NCBI GenBank assembly: GCA_902601545.1
Contig: CACKNR010000004.1
Span: forward strand, 552 to 64,551
Source: an uncultured Pelagibacteraceae bacterium
GTDB taxonomy: Bacteria > Pseudomonadota > Alphaproteobacteria > Pelagibacterales > Pelagibacteraceae
Direction: 5' to 3'
DNA: 64,000 nucleotides
Under the pieces are notes generated by a model. That model saw nothing but the letters and a program-made list of their open reading frames with translations. It was not told the origin of the DNA and did no database searches. The position numbers and the translations under genes were made by a program. Below, one piece after another: positions 1-10,575 of this stretch (positions within the stretch are counted from its first letter, which is position 1; every line of letters begins with the position of its first letter).

Positions 1-1520
1 AAGGAGTAAAACAATCTGGTGGAACACCTAGAGAATTTTGCACTATAACCGTAACAGATGGTATTGCCATGGGCCATGAGGGAATGAAATCATCTTTAAT
101 TTCAAGAGAAGTCATAGCTGACTCAGCTGAACTGACAGTTAGAGGACATTGTTATGATGCATTAGTTGGTATAGCTGGATGTGATAAATCCCTTCCAGGT
201 TTGATGATGTCTATGTTGAGATTGAATGTACCTAGTGTATTTATTTATGGTGGATCAATTTTGCCAGGAAAATTTAAAGGAAAAGATGTTACAGTTGTAG
301 ATGTATTTGAAGCAGTAGGCAAACATTCCTCAGGTAAAATGTCTTCTGAAGAATTAAGAGAATTAGAATTAGTAGCTTGTCCGAGTGCTGGTGCTTGTGG
401 AGGTCAATTTACAGCTAACACAATGGCGTGTGTATCGGAAGCGATAGGATTGGCTTTGCCTTATTCAGCTGGAACACCGGCCCCTTATGAGGAAAGAGAT
501 AAATATGCTTATGAAAGTGGTCAAGCGGTAATGAATTTATTAGAAAAAAAAATTAAACCAAGAGAAATAGTTACTAAAAAATCTCTAGAAAACGCAGCAA
601 CAATAGTGGCTGCAACTGGAGGCTCTACTAATGCAGCCCTTCATTTACCTGCACTAGCTAATGAGATCGGAGTAAAATTTGATTTAATGGACGTTGCAAA
701 AATATTTAAAAAAACTCCCTATCTTGCTGATTTAAAACCTGGAGGAAAATATGTAGCAAAAGATATGTGGGAAGCAGGTGGCGTTCCAATGCTTCTTAAG
801 ACCTTGTTTGATGGTGGATATATCCACGGGGATTGTCTAACTGTTACAGGCAAAACAATGAAAGAAAATTTAAAAGATATTAAATTTAACAAGAGTCAAA
901 AAGTTTTAAGAGAATATAACAAACCTTTATCACCAGATGGCGGAGTTGTTGGATTGAAAGGAAATTTGGCTCCCGAAGGCGCTATTGTAAAAATAGCAGG
1001 TTTAAAGAAATTACAATTTTCTGGGACAGCAAGATGTTTTGACAACGAAGAAGATGCAATGAAAGCTGTTCAAACAAAAAAGTATAAAGACGGTGATGTA
1101 ATTATAATAAGATACGAAGGACCCAGAGGTGGACCAGGCATGCGTGAAATGTTATCTACAACAGGTGCAATTTATGGTCAAGGGAAAGGAGAAAAAGTTG
1201 CTTTAATAACCGATGGAAGATTTTCAGGGGCAACTAGGGGGTTTTGTGTTGGTCATGTTGGACCAGAGGCTGCTTTAGGTGGACCTATAGCTTTACTTAA
1301 AAATGGAGACAAAATAGATATCGATGCAAAAAAAGGAACTATCAATGTTAGACTGACAAAAGCACAGATGACCGCTAGAAGAAAAAAATGGAAAGCAAAA
1401 AAATCTCAATTTGGTTCAGGAACTTTGTGGAAATATGCTCAAACTGTAGGACCAGCTTATTTAGGAGCACCAACACACCCTGGTAAGAAAAAAGAAGTAA
1501 AAGATTATTCCAAAATTTAA
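1..1520 (+). CDS. ilvD: Dihydroxy-acid dehydratase (5'-truncated by window edge)
   Basis: Frame open from position 3 ([27 protein letters not shown]); motifs [47 protein letters not shown]. Confidence 0.97.
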   Translation, partial: GVKQSGGTPREFCTITVTDGIAMGHEGMKSSLISREVIADSAELTVRGHCYDALVGIAGCDKSLPGLMMSMLRLNVPSVFIYGGSILPGKFKGKDVTVVDVFEAVGKHSSGKMSSEELRELELVACPSAGACGGQFTANTMACVSEAIGLALPYSAGTPAPYEERDKYAYESGQAVMNLLEKKIKPREIVTKKSLENAATIVAATGGSTNAALHLPALANEIGVKFDLMDVAKIFKKTPYLADLKPGGKYVAKDMWEAGGVPMLLKTLFDGGYIHGDCLTVTGKTMKENLKDIKFNKSQKVLREYNKPLSPDGGVVGLKGNLAPEGAIVKIAGLKKLQFSGTARCFDNEEDAMKAVQTKKYKDGDVIIIRYEGPRGGPGMREMLSTTGAIYGQGKGEKVALITDGRFSGATRGFCVGHVGPEAALGGPIALLKNGDKIDIDAKKGTINVRLTKAQMTARRKKWKAKKSQFGSGTLWKYAQTVGPAYLGAPTHPGKKKEVKDYSKI

Positions 1521-2722
1521 TGAAAATTAGACCAGTTATTTTGTGTGGTGGTGCTGGAACTAGACTTTGGTCTGACAGTAAAAACCACAAAGCTAAACAA
1601 TTTATAGATTTTGGCGGATGGACATTGTTCGGAAAAACACTTGAGCGGATTAAAAGTCCATTCTTTGATTATCCAATTATAAGCACTAACTTAAAATATT
1701 TAAAAGATATTAAAAAAAACTTAAAAAATAAAGGAATTACTAAATATAGGATAGTTCTTGAGCCAGCCAAGAAAAATACAGCACCTGCAATTTTAACATC
1801 TGCACTTATAAAAGAAATTCCAGATAAACAACCTGTAGTCTTTTTATCTTCAGATCATTTAATTGAAAAAAAAGCAAAATTTAATAACGAAATTAAGAAA
1901 CATAAAAAATTTCTTAATGATAAAAATATTTTCATTTTTGGTATTAAACCGAACTCTATTTCTGATCAATACGGTTATTTTATTACAAAAAAAATAAATA
2001 ACTTAAATCAAGTTTCAAGATTTATTGAAAAACCAAATTTATCTAAAGCTAAAACAATTATTAAAAAAGGTGGGTATTGGAACTCTGGTATGTTTTTTTT
2101 GAGAAAAGATTCATTAATTAACAATTTCATTAGATATCAAAAAAAAATTTATAAAAACTCTTTATTAGCGGTAAATAGAAGTAAAAGAAAAAATAGTATT
2201 TATTATCTTAACAAAAAAGCTTTTATTAAAAATCCTTCTAAATCTTTTGACTATGCAATTTTAGAAAAAACGAAAAAAATTAACGCTATAAAATTAAATA
2301 TTCAATGGTCAGACCTAGGAAGTTGGAAAGAAATTCTTTTAATGTTTAAAAAAAATAAAAGTAAGTACTTTAAGAAAAAAAATATTTTTAAAAGACCTTG
2401 GGGGAGTTATACGAATTTATATAATGGAAACAACTTCTTAATTAAAGAACTAAATGTTAAACCAAATGGTGTTTTAAGTTTACAGAAACACTTTCATAGA
2501 TCAGAACATTGGGTGGTGACGCAAGGTATTCCTAAAATTACTTTAAATAAAAGATCATTTTCGAAAAAGCCTTATGAAACTATTTTTATTCCTAAAGGTG
2601 CTATTCATAGAATTCAAAACCCAAATAAAAAAACAATAAAAATAATGGAAGCACAGCTCGGCTCAATTTTAAAAGAAACAGATATTGTAAGATATGAAGA
2701 TATATATGGAAGAATTAATTAA
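1520..2722 (+). CDS. manC: Mannose-1-phosphate guanylyltransferase / mannose-6-phosphate isomerase
   Basis: PVILCGGAGTRLW, FIEKP, WNSGMF, WSDLGSW, C-terminal cupin RPWG...SLQKHFHRSEHW. Confidence 0.9.
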   Translation: MKIRPVILCGGAGTRLWSDSKNHKAKQFIDFGGWTLFGKTLERIKSPFFDYPIISTNLKYLKDIKKNLKNKGITKYRIVLEPAKKNTAPAILTSALIKEIPDKQPVVFLSSDHLIEKKAKFNNEIKKHKKFLNDKNIFIFGIKPNSISDQYGYFITKKINNLNQVSRFIEKPNLSKAKTIIKKGGYWNSGMFFLRKDSLINNFIRYQKKIYKNSLLAVNRSKRKNSIYYLNKKAFIKNPSKSFDYAILEKTKKINAIKLNIQWSDLGSWKEILLMFKKNKSKYFKKKNIFKRPWGSYTNLYNGNNFLIKELNVKPNGVLSLQKHFHRSEHWVVTQGIPKITLNKRSFSKKPYETIFIPKGAIHRIQNPNKKTIKIMEAQLGSILKETDIVRYEDIYGRIN

Positions 2723-3491
2723 TTTTCAGTTCTATCGGTGTATGATCAGAAGGTTTTATTTTTGATCTGGGATCTTTATTAATATTAATTGAAATAATAT
2801 TGTCTAATAAATTATTTGACAATAAAAAGTGATCTATTCTCATCCCATAATTTTTTTGCCATGAACCAGCAAAATAATCCCAAAAAGTATATTCTTGTTT
2901 ATTTTTATTTTTAATTCGATACACATCTTTAAATCCTAAATTAAGTAACTCACGAAACTTTTTTCTTATTTCCAATTTTCCAAGTGCATCATTTTCATAT
3001 CTTTTGAAATCGTAGACGTCTATTTCTTCTGGGATTATATTGAAATCTCCAGCAATTAATACATTTGAATTTTTATGAAGCTCTTTTTTCATACACAATA
3101 TAAATTTATTTAGCCAATTTTTCTTGTAATCATATTTGTCTGTATCAATAGGATTTCCATTTGGCACATAAATATTAACTAAATAAATCCTCTTTTTTTT
3201 TAATAATATTTCACCCGAAATAATTCTTGATTGATTTAAATCATCTTTAATTAAATCCTTCTTAATATTTTTAATTTTAACTTTTGAGATAATTGCAACA
3301 CCATTATAACTTTTTTGACCGAAAACGTGAGACTCATATCCTATTTTTTTAAAATCTTCATACGGAAAATTTTTATCTTGTGTTTTAATTTCTTGAAGTA
3401 ATAAAATGTCTGGAGCCGATTTTTTTATATAATCTTGAATATTAGCAATTCTTGCTCTTACTGAATTAACGTTCCATGATATTATTTTCAT
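2715..3491 (-). CDS. xth: Exodeoxyribonuclease III
   Basis: MKIISWNVNS, LQEIK, YNGVAI, GDFN, RIDHFL, SDHTP; true start ATG at 3491 overlaps upstream TGA. Confidence 0.95.
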   Translation of the reverse strand: MKIISWNVNSVRARIANIQDYIKKSAPDILLLQEIKTQDKNFPYEDFKKIGYESHVFGQKSYNGVAIISKVKIKNIKKDLIKDDLNQSRIISGEILLKKKRIYLVNIYVPNGNPIDTDKYDYKKNWLNKFILCMKKELHKNSNVLIAGDFNIIPEEIDVYDFKRYENDALGKLEIRKKFRELLNLGFKDVYRIKNKNKQEYTFWDYFAGSWQKNYGMRIDHFLLSNNLLDNIISININKDPRSKIKPSDHTPIELKIN

Positions 3492-3805
3492 CAAACTGAA
3501 AAAGAGAGACCACAACCGCATGAAGCAGAAGCTTTAGGATTTTTTATTGAAAACGACTCTCCAATCATCTCTTTTTTAAAATCTACTATTGAACCAGCTA
3601 TTATATCAAGCGACTGTTTATCAATTACAGCTTTATTGAATAAAATATCATCTTTTTCGATTTTATTGTCAAAACTAAAATTATATTTGAATCCAGAACA
3701 CCCACCACCTTGAACAGCAATTCTAAAATATTTTTCGTTATCACTTCTAGTGATTTTCTCTATCTGGTTTATTGCACTTTCAGTAAATTCTAATTTTTTT
3801 TCCAT
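3491..3805 (-). CDS. erpA: A-type Fe-S carrier (HesB/IscA/ErpA family)
   Basis: GGGCSGFKY and C-terminal CGCGLSF. Confidence 0.88.
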   Translation of the reverse strand: MEKKLEFTESAINQIEKITRSDNEKYFRIAVQGGGCSGFKYNFSFDNKIEKDDILFNKAVIDKQSLDIIAGSIVDFKKEMIGESFSIKNPKASASCGCGLSFSV

Positions 3806-3836
3806 AATTATTTAGTATATAATCTATATAATTAGC

Positions 3837-4976
3837 ATGCAAAAAAATTCAATCCAATCATTATCTAAATTAGCAGTTCCACTGAAATCTAAAGGTAGGT
3901 TTTTTAGAGAAAATAAAACAAATTTAAGGACTGATTTTCAAAGAGACAGAGATAGAATAATTCATTCAACTGCTTTTAGAAGACTAAAACACAAGACCCA
4001 GGTTTTTGTAAATACATCAGGAGATCATTTTAGAACAAGAATTACTCACTCTTTAGAAGTTGCTCAAATATCTAGAACATTGTCTAAATTTTTTAATTTA
4101 AATGAAGACTTATGTGAAACAATAAGTTTAGCACATGATTTAGGCCACACACCTTTTGGACATGCTGGCGAAGAAGCTTTAAACAAATGTATGAAAAAAT
4201 TTGGAGGATTTGATCATAATATTCAAACAATTAGAACAATCTTATTTTTAGAAAATAGATATTACGATTTTAAAGGTTTAAATCTCACATTAGAAACGCT
4301 AGATGGCTTAATAAAGCATAATGGACCAATTAAACACTTAAAAAAGTTTAATAAAATCTTAGGAAAAAATTACTTTAGAAAAAAAATTAAATTTTCCCTT
4401 AGTCCATCTTTAGAGGCTCAGATTGCATCAATTTCTGATGATATTGCATACAACAGTCATGATCTAGAGGATGGTTTGAATTCAAATTTATTTAAACTTG
4501 AAGATCTTGAACAAGTTCCGGTTCTAAATACTATTGTTTTTAAACATAAAAAAAAACTTAAGATTTATTCTATTGATTTGATCATAAGACAAATTGTTAG
4601 AGAGATTATTAATGAAATGGTAAAAGATATAATTATTACAACCCAGAAAAATATTAAAAAGTATAAAATTAAAAATTTAGATAATGTTTATAATGCAAAA
4701 TTTCGAATTGTTTCATTTTCAAAAAAAATGAAAAATTTTGACAAAAAAATCAAAAAGTTTTTACGAAAAAAAATGTATTATCATAAAAATGTTCAGGCAA
4801 ACACTAACCTGGGGAAAAAAATTATTAATAAATTATTTTTCCTGATTTCGAAAAACCCTGAAAAATACATAAATGTTAGTAAGTACGATAAATCTAATAT
4901 TGCTAGATCTATTTGTGATTTTATTGCTGGTATGACTGATAGATATGCAATAAATCTGTATAACAAAATTAAATGA
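3837..4976 (+). CDS. dgt: dGTP triphosphohydrolase (HD domain)
   Basis: FQRDRDRIIHS, RTRITHSLEVAQ, AHDLGHTPFGHAGE, DFIAGMTD. Confidence 0.95.
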   Translation: MQKNSIQSLSKLAVPLKSKGRFFRENKTNLRTDFQRDRDRIIHSTAFRRLKHKTQVFVNTSGDHFRTRITHSLEVAQISRTLSKFFNLNEDLCETISLAHDLGHTPFGHAGEEALNKCMKKFGGFDHNIQTIRTILFLENRYYDFKGLNLTLETLDGLIKHNGPIKHLKKFNKILGKNYFRKKIKFSLSPSLEAQIASISDDIAYNSHDLEDGLNSNLFKLEDLEQVPVLNTIVFKHKKKLKIYSIDLIIRQIVREIINEMVKDIIITTQKNIKKYKIKNLDNVYNAKFRIVSFSKKMKNFDKKIKKFLRKKMYYHKNVQANTNLGKKIINKLFFLISKNPEKYINVSKYDKSNIARSICDFIAGMTDRYAINLYNKIK

Positions 4977-6697
4977 ATATTTTTGAAAATTATTTATTAG
5001 AAATAACCAAAATTATCAAAGATAATAAAGATCTTCTTAACTTAGAAAATTTAGATAACCTTAAAAATATAAATCTAGAGGTCCCACCTGATCGCTTTAA
5101 TTTTGATTTATCAACAAATGTTTCTTTAGTTTTATCAAAAACAAATAATATAAATCCAAATGATTTAGCAAATAATATTAAGAATTTGTTACTAAAAAAG
5201 ATAAATCATTTTGATAAAATTGAGTCTGCTGGGCCGGGTTTTTTAAACATAAAAATATCAAATGAAGGTTTGGCAAAAAATATTAATCACATACTAAAAG
5301 AGAAAGACACATATGGATCGAAAAAATCTAACAAAAATTATAATGTAGAATTCGTTTCTGCTAATCCTACTGGTCCAATGCATGTAGGTCATTGTAGGGG
5401 GGCAATATTTGGAGATGTATTGTCAAATTTACTTTTATTTAATGGAAACAAAGTTACTAAAGAGTATTATATAAACGATTATGGCAATCAAATTAAAAAT
5501 TTTGTTAAGTCAGTCTATCTAAGAATTAGAGAAATAAAATATAAAGAAAAATTTAAAATTCAAGAAAATTTATATCCAGGTAATTATATAAAAGAAATCG
5601 CTTCAAGCATTATTAAAAATAATCCTAATATAAAAGTAGAAAATTTCGACGATTGTTTTGATGATTTAAAGATCCTTTCTTTAGAAAAATCAATGAACTT
5701 AATTAAGAATGACTTAAAAAAATTAGGTATTAAACATGATAATTTTTTTTCAGAATCTGATTTAGTTAAAAAAGATTTAGTTAACAAAGCATTAAATCAA
5801 CTCAAAATAAACAATTACGTGGAGGAGGGTTTTCTTAGTCCACCAAAAGGTGAGTCTTCTAAAAGCTGGAAGCAGGTAAAGAGACTAATTTTTAAATCAA
5901 CTTTATTCGGTGATGATTCTGATAGATCTTTACAAAAAGACGACGGCACTTGGACATATTTCGCAAATGATGTTGCTTATCACTCTGATAAAATAAATAG
6001 AAAATTTGATATTTTGATAAATATACTTGGGGCCGATCACACAGGATATATTAAAAGAATTTGTTCTGCTGTTTCCGCATTATCAGAGAAAAAAGTAAAA
6101 CTTAATTGTAAAGTAACCCAATTAGTAAAGCTTTATAAAAATGGAAAACCTTTTAAGATGTCAAAAAGGGCAGGTGATTTTATTTCAGTTCAAGATTTAT
6201 TAGACGAAGTCAATAAAGACTCAATTAGATTTATGATGTTGAATAGAAGTAATGATGTAGAATTAGATTTTGATTTCGAAAAAATAAAAGAAAAAACAAA
6301 AGATAATCCTGTATATTACGTTCAATATGCATATGCTAGAATAAATTCAATAGTTAGAACATTAAAAAAAACTTTGAATGACAATATTTCGGTTACTCCG
6401 AACTCATTTTCTCCAAATCAGTACGAGGAAAAAATTATTAGAAAAATTTTTGAATGGCCAAAGATAATTGAGTCGGCTGCAACAAAACTTGAGCCCCATA
6501 AGATACCTTTTTATCTATATGAATTATCAACTCTATTCCACTCATATTGGAGTAAAGGAAATGAGGATAATAGGTTTAGATTTATCGAAAATGGAAAAGT
6601 AAAAAGAGAGGAATCTTTGATTTTTATATTTTTAATTGCCGTAGTAATAAAAAATGGGATGAATATACTTGGTGTTTCATTACCTGAAAAAATGTAA
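4973..6697 (+). CDS. argS: Arginine--tRNA ligase
   Basis: EFVSANPTGPMHVGH, GADH, KMSKRAG, YVQYAYAR. Confidence 0.98.
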   Translation: MNIFENYLLEITKIIKDNKDLLNLENLDNLKNINLEVPPDRFNFDLSTNVSLVLSKTNNINPNDLANNIKNLLLKKINHFDKIESAGPGFLNIKISNEGLAKNINHILKEKDTYGSKKSNKNYNVEFVSANPTGPMHVGHCRGAIFGDVLSNLLLFNGNKVTKEYYINDYGNQIKNFVKSVYLRIREIKYKEKFKIQENLYPGNYIKEIASSIIKNNPNIKVENFDDCFDDLKILSLEKSMNLIKNDLKKLGIKHDNFFSESDLVKKDLVNKALNQLKINNYVEEGFLSPPKGESSKSWKQVKRLIFKSTLFGDDSDRSLQKDDGTWTYFANDVAYHSDKINRKFDILINILGADHTGYIKRICSAVSALSEKKVKLNCKVTQLVKLYKNGKPFKMSKRAGDFISVQDLLDEVNKDSIRFMMLNRSNDVELDFDFEKIKEKTKDNPVYYVQYAYARINSIVRTLKKTLNDNISVTPNSFSPNQYEEKIIRKIFEWPKIIESAATKLEPHKIPFYLYELSTLFHSYWSKGNEDNRFRFIENGKVKREESLIFIFLIAVVIKNGMNILGVSLPEKM

Positions 6698-6963
6698 TGA
6701 GAATAATACTTAATATTTTAATGGTCTTAATAATTATCCTATTCATTTTTTTTACATATAAATATTATTCATCAAATAAAAATATAAATACAAAAGATTA
6801 TAACCGTTTAAATATTGATTTAATTTTAAAAGATAAAACTTCTGGTTTACCTATTTTGAAAAATAATACAAATAATATAATAGAATTTAATAATTCTTTA
6901 GAAAACGAAATTGATAAATATGAAAAAAAAAGAAAATTTTGGGATTTGTTAAAGAATAAATGA
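6697..6963 (+). CDS. Small bitopic membrane protein (88 aa) at the argS-nagZ position usually held by FtsN-like SPOR proteins
   Basis: N-terminal hydrophobic helix; start and stop overlap argS and nagZ. Confidence 0.7.
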   Translation: MRIILNILMVLIIILFIFFTYKYYSSNKNINTKDYNRLNIDLILKDKTSGLPILKNNTNNIIEFNNSLENEIDKYEKKRKFWDLLKNK

Positions 6964-7904
6964 AAAGAAAAGCACTAATAGTTAGTATTAAGGGTACTAG
7001 TCTTTCTCGAATGGAAAAAATTCTTTTATCAAAAGAAAAACCGTGGGGTATTATTTTATTTAAAAGAAATCTAAAATCTTATAATCAAATTAAAAAATTA
7101 ACTGCACACATTAGAAAATTGACAAAAAATAAACATTTCCCTGTTTTAATAGATGAGGAAGGTTCAAATGTGACAAGACTAAGTAAAATAATTAGCCATA
7201 ATATTTCAGCAAATTTCTTTGGAAATTTGTATGAGATTAATAAGATTTTTTGTTTTAAAATACTTAAACATTACATTTTTTCACTTAGTAAATTTTTAAC
7301 AGAACTTGGAATTAATATAAATACTATCCCAGTGCTTGATGTTTTAAGAAACCGCACAAGTAAAGTAATTGGAAATCGAAGTTTTTCTAAAAATAAAAAA
7401 ATTGTTAAAGATCTTGGAAATTTTACAATCAAAAATTTACATTTAAATAAAGTTGCTGCAGTGATCAAGCATATTCCAGGTCATGGGGCTGCAAAAACAG
7501 ATAGCCATATAAGTATGCCGAAAGTTTTATTACAGCCTAAAAAATTAGAACAAATAGATTTTTATCCATTTAAATTATCAAAAGCAAAACTTGCTATGAC
7601 CGCACATATTCTTTATACGAAAATTGATAAAAGTTCTGTAGCTACTCACTCTAATAAAATCATTAAAAATATAATTAGAAAAAAATTAAATTTTAAAGGT
7701 ATTTTAATTTCCGATGATATTTCTATGAAGGCTCTAAAGTACGATCTAGTAACTAATGCTAAAAAATCACTGGACGCTGGATGTAATTTAGTGCTTTATT
7801 GTGCCGGAAAAACCAATGACAACTTTAAATTGATTCAATCATTACCTTATATCGATAAATTCACATCAAAAAAAACTTCAGAATTTTTTAATTTTTTAAG
7901 GTAA
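6960..7904 (+). CDS. nagZ: Beta-N-acetylhexosaminidase (GH3)
   Basis: IDEEG, KHIPGHG, DSH, SDDISMKAL. Confidence 0.93.
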   Translation: MKRKALIVSIKGTSLSRMEKILLSKEKPWGIILFKRNLKSYNQIKKLTAHIRKLTKNKHFPVLIDEEGSNVTRLSKIISHNISANFFGNLYEINKIFCFKILKHYIFSLSKFLTELGININTIPVLDVLRNRTSKVIGNRSFSKNKKIVKDLGNFTIKNLHLNKVAAVIKHIPGHGAAKTDSHISMPKVLLQPKKLEQIDFYPFKLSKAKLAMTAHILYTKIDKSSVATHSNKIIKNIIRKKLNFKGILISDDISMKALKYDLVTNAKKSLDAGCNLVLYCAGKTNDNFKLIQSLPYIDKFTSKKTSEFFNFLR

Positions 7905-7912
7905 AATTAATT

Positions 7913-8647
7913 ATGGAATCAAAAAACGCTAATCAAATCTCAATTGATATACCTAACTATTCTGGACCATTAGAGCTTCTTCTTGACTTGGCAAAAACAC
8001 AAAAAGTAAATTTAGCAGAAATTTCTATCACACTTCTTGCAGATCAGTTTTTAAATTTTATAAAAAAACAAAAAGATTTAAATTTAGAATCAGCTTCTGA
8101 ATATTTACTAATGGCAACATGGTTGGCTTATCTGAAGTCAAAATTATTATTACCCGAAGATGATGAAGATGATTTTAAAGCTTCAGAAGCAGCAGAAAAA
8201 TTAAAGTTACAACTTAAAAAATTAGAACTTATCCGTATCTTATCTGATCAAATGTTAAAAAAAAAAAGATTGGGTATTGATATTTTTACTAGAGGCATGA
8301 AAGGAGGAATAAGATCAATAAACACTCCTGTTTATGATGTCTCTTTGTACGAACTTTTAAAAACATATTCAGTCATTCAAATGCAAAAAACTTTCACAAA
8401 CATTAATATTCCAAAATTACCAGTTTTTACAACTGAAGAGGGTATTAAACAAATCAAAAATAATTTAGATAAAATTGATAATTGGAAAAATTTGCTAGAT
8501 TTAATTCCAAAATTTTATTCAAAAAATAATATGAAAAGAACAGCTATCGCAGGAATATTTGCTGCTAGTCTTGAATTGACAAAGGAAGGTATTATTTCAG
8601 TTTCACAAAAAAAAATATTTGATAACTTGATGGTAAAAAAATCGTGA
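7913..8647 (+). CDS. scpA: Segregation/condensation protein A
   Basis: YSGPLELLLDL, EYLLMATWLAYLKSKLLLP, FAASLEL. Confidence 0.95.
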   Translation: MESKNANQISIDIPNYSGPLELLLDLAKTQKVNLAEISITLLADQFLNFIKKQKDLNLESASEYLLMATWLAYLKSKLLLPEDDEDDFKASEAAEKLKLQLKKLELIRILSDQMLKKKRLGIDIFTRGMKGGIRSINTPVYDVSLYELLKTYSVIQMQKTFTNINIPKLPVFTTEEGIKQIKNNLDKIDNWKNLLDLIPKFYSKNNMKRTAIAGIFAASLELTKEGIISVSQKKIFDNLMVKKS

Positions 8648-8648
8648 T

Positions 8649-9335
8649 ATGAAAAGTAAAAAAAAAAATAATATTGTAAATTTTCCCTCATCACCTTCAA
8701 AAATTGAAAGACAGGTAGAAGCAATACTTTTTGCTGCTTCAGAACCTTTAGATATTGAAACTATTGAAAAAAGAGTTCAAACTACGATAAATTTGAAAAA
8801 GATATTACTCAATCTTCAGGTCTTATATAAAAAAAGAGGAATAAATTTAATATGTATCAAAAATAAGTGGTCTTTCAGAACTGCAGATGATTTATCAAAA
8901 TTAATGGCTCTACAAAAATCTAGTCATAAAAAATTATCTAAAGCTACTATCGAGACTTTAGCTATAATAGTTTATCACCAACCGGTGACGAGAGCTGAAA
9001 TAGAAGAAATAAGAGGCGTATCATTTGCATCAAATACCTTAGATACTTTACTTGAACTTAACTGGGTTAGACCGGCCGGTCGTAAAGAGGTGCCTGGTAA
9101 ACCAATCCAGTATTCAACTACTGAAAATTTTTTAAATCATTTCAATATTCAAAAATTGTCAGATCTCCCCTCAATTGACGAGCTTGGCTCAGCTGGTCTT
9201 ATTGACACTTCAAGTATAGATAAATCAATATTTGGCACTGGCAAATTCTTTAAAGAACAGTCAATAACAGAAAAACAGAGCATCTATGAAGACATAGATG
9301 AAGCAATTAAAAAAGCTCCGGATGAGGATAAATAA
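8649..9335 (+). CDS. scpB: Segregation/condensation protein B
   Basis: VEAILFAA, ETLAIIVYHQPVTRAEIEEIRGV, GKPIQYSTT. Confidence 0.96.
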   Translation: MKSKKKNNIVNFPSSPSKIERQVEAILFAASEPLDIETIEKRVQTTINLKKILLNLQVLYKKRGINLICIKNKWSFRTADDLSKLMALQKSSHKKLSKATIETLAIIVYHQPVTRAEIEEIRGVSFASNTLDTLLELNWVRPAGRKEVPGKPIQYSTTENFLNHFNIQKLSDLPSIDELGSAGLIDTSSIDKSIFGTGKFFKEQSITEKQSIYEDIDEAIKKAPDEDK

Positions 9336-9378
9336 ATATATTTATTTAAGTCTAATTATTGTGTATATATTTTAGATT

Positions 9379-9576
9379 ATGGGAATTAGTTTCTGGCAAA
9401 TAGCAATAGTAGTTGTTCTTGTAGTTTTGCTTTTTGGAAGGGGAAAAATATCTAGTTTAATGGGTGATGTAGCTAAAGGTATTAAAAGCTTTAAAAAAGG
9501 TATGTCTGATGATACTTCTTCAAATACACAAGATAATGACTCTAAGTCAGACAACTCTGACACTGAAAATAAATAA
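9379..9576 (+). CDS. tatA: Twin-arginine translocase TatA
   Basis: TM + [25 protein letters not shown]. Confidence 0.96.
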   Translation: MGISFWQIAIVVVLVVLLFGRGKISSLMGDVAKGIKSFKKGMSDDTSSNTQDNDSKSDNSDTENK

Positions 9577-9581
9577 TCGAA

Positions 9582-9818
9582 ATGCCTCAAATTGGATGGT
9601 TAGAGATTTTGTCAGTGGTAATTATTGCAATATTAGTCTTAGGTCCAAAAGAATTTCCTATAGCCTTAAAGAAAATTGGCTCATATATTGGAAAATTTAA
9701 AAATACACTAAGTAACTTTCAAAAAGAAGTTTCAGAAGTTACCAAAGATGTCAACTTAGAAGAAAAAATTTCACCTAAGAATAATAAAACTCAAAAAGAA
9801 ATCGATAAAAATGGCTGA
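9582..9818 (+). CDS. tatB: Twin-arginine translocase TatB (short)
   Basis: IGWLEIL...LVLGPKEFP; between tatA and tatC. Confidence 0.92.
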   Translation: MPQIGWLEILSVVIIAILVLGPKEFPIALKKIGSYIGKFKNTLSNFQKEVSEVTKDVNLEEKISPKNNKTQKEIDKNG

Positions 9819-10575
9819 GAATAATTCTTTCACAAGTCATTTCATTGAGTTACGTACAAGACTTTTGAATTCTTTAATATTCATTTTTTTAGCATTTATA
9901 ACTTCTTATATATTTGCTGAACAAATTTATAATTTCTTAGTAGAACCTTATGCAAATGCTGTAAAAGATGGAGAAATTTCTAGGCGTCTTATTTTCACAG
10001 CTCTTCATGAAACTTTTATAACTTACATTAAAGTTGCTTTTTTTTCCGCAATATTTTTAGGCAGCCCAGTGCTATTGATACAAATATATAAATTTATTGC
10101 ACCAGGGCTATATAAAAACGAGAAAAAAGCAATTCTTCCTTATTTGATTTTTACGCCTATTCTTTTTTTATTTGGTGGATTACTTGTCTATTATTTAGTG
10201 ATGCCATTAGCAATTAAATTTTTTTTATCATTTGAAACGATAGGTTCAAATTCTAGTTTACCAATACAACTTGAAGCAAAAGTAAACGAATATCTCTCAT
10301 TAATTATGAGATTAATATTTGCTTTTGGAATAAGCTTTCAATTACCAATTTTATTAAATTTATTAGCAAAAATTGGCATTGTTAATTCAAATTATTTAAG
10401 AACGAGAAGAAGATATGTAATTGTAATAATCTTTGCTTTAGCTGCAATTTTAACGCCTCCTGATCCTATCACTCAAGTTGGACTAGCAATACCTTTGTTA
10501 TTACTTTATGAATTATCTATATTTACAGTTAGATTCTCAGAAAAAAAAAAAGATAAAGAAATAGAAAATGCATAA
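9811..10575 (+). CDS. tatC: Twin-arginine translocase TatC
   Basis: HFIELRTRL, FIAPGLYKNE, FQLP, TPPDPITQ, LYELS. Confidence 0.97.
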   Translation: MAENNSFTSHFIELRTRLLNSLIFIFLAFITSYIFAEQIYNFLVEPYANAVKDGEISRRLIFTALHETFITYIKVAFFSAIFLGSPVLLIQIYKFIAPGLYKNEKKAILPYLIFTPILFLFGGLLVYYLVMPLAIKFFLSFETIGSNSSLPIQLEAKVNEYLSLIMRLIFAFGISFQLPILLNLLAKIGIVNSNYLRTRRRYVIVIIFALAAILTPPDPITQVGLAIPLLLLYELSIFTVRFSEKKKDKEIENA

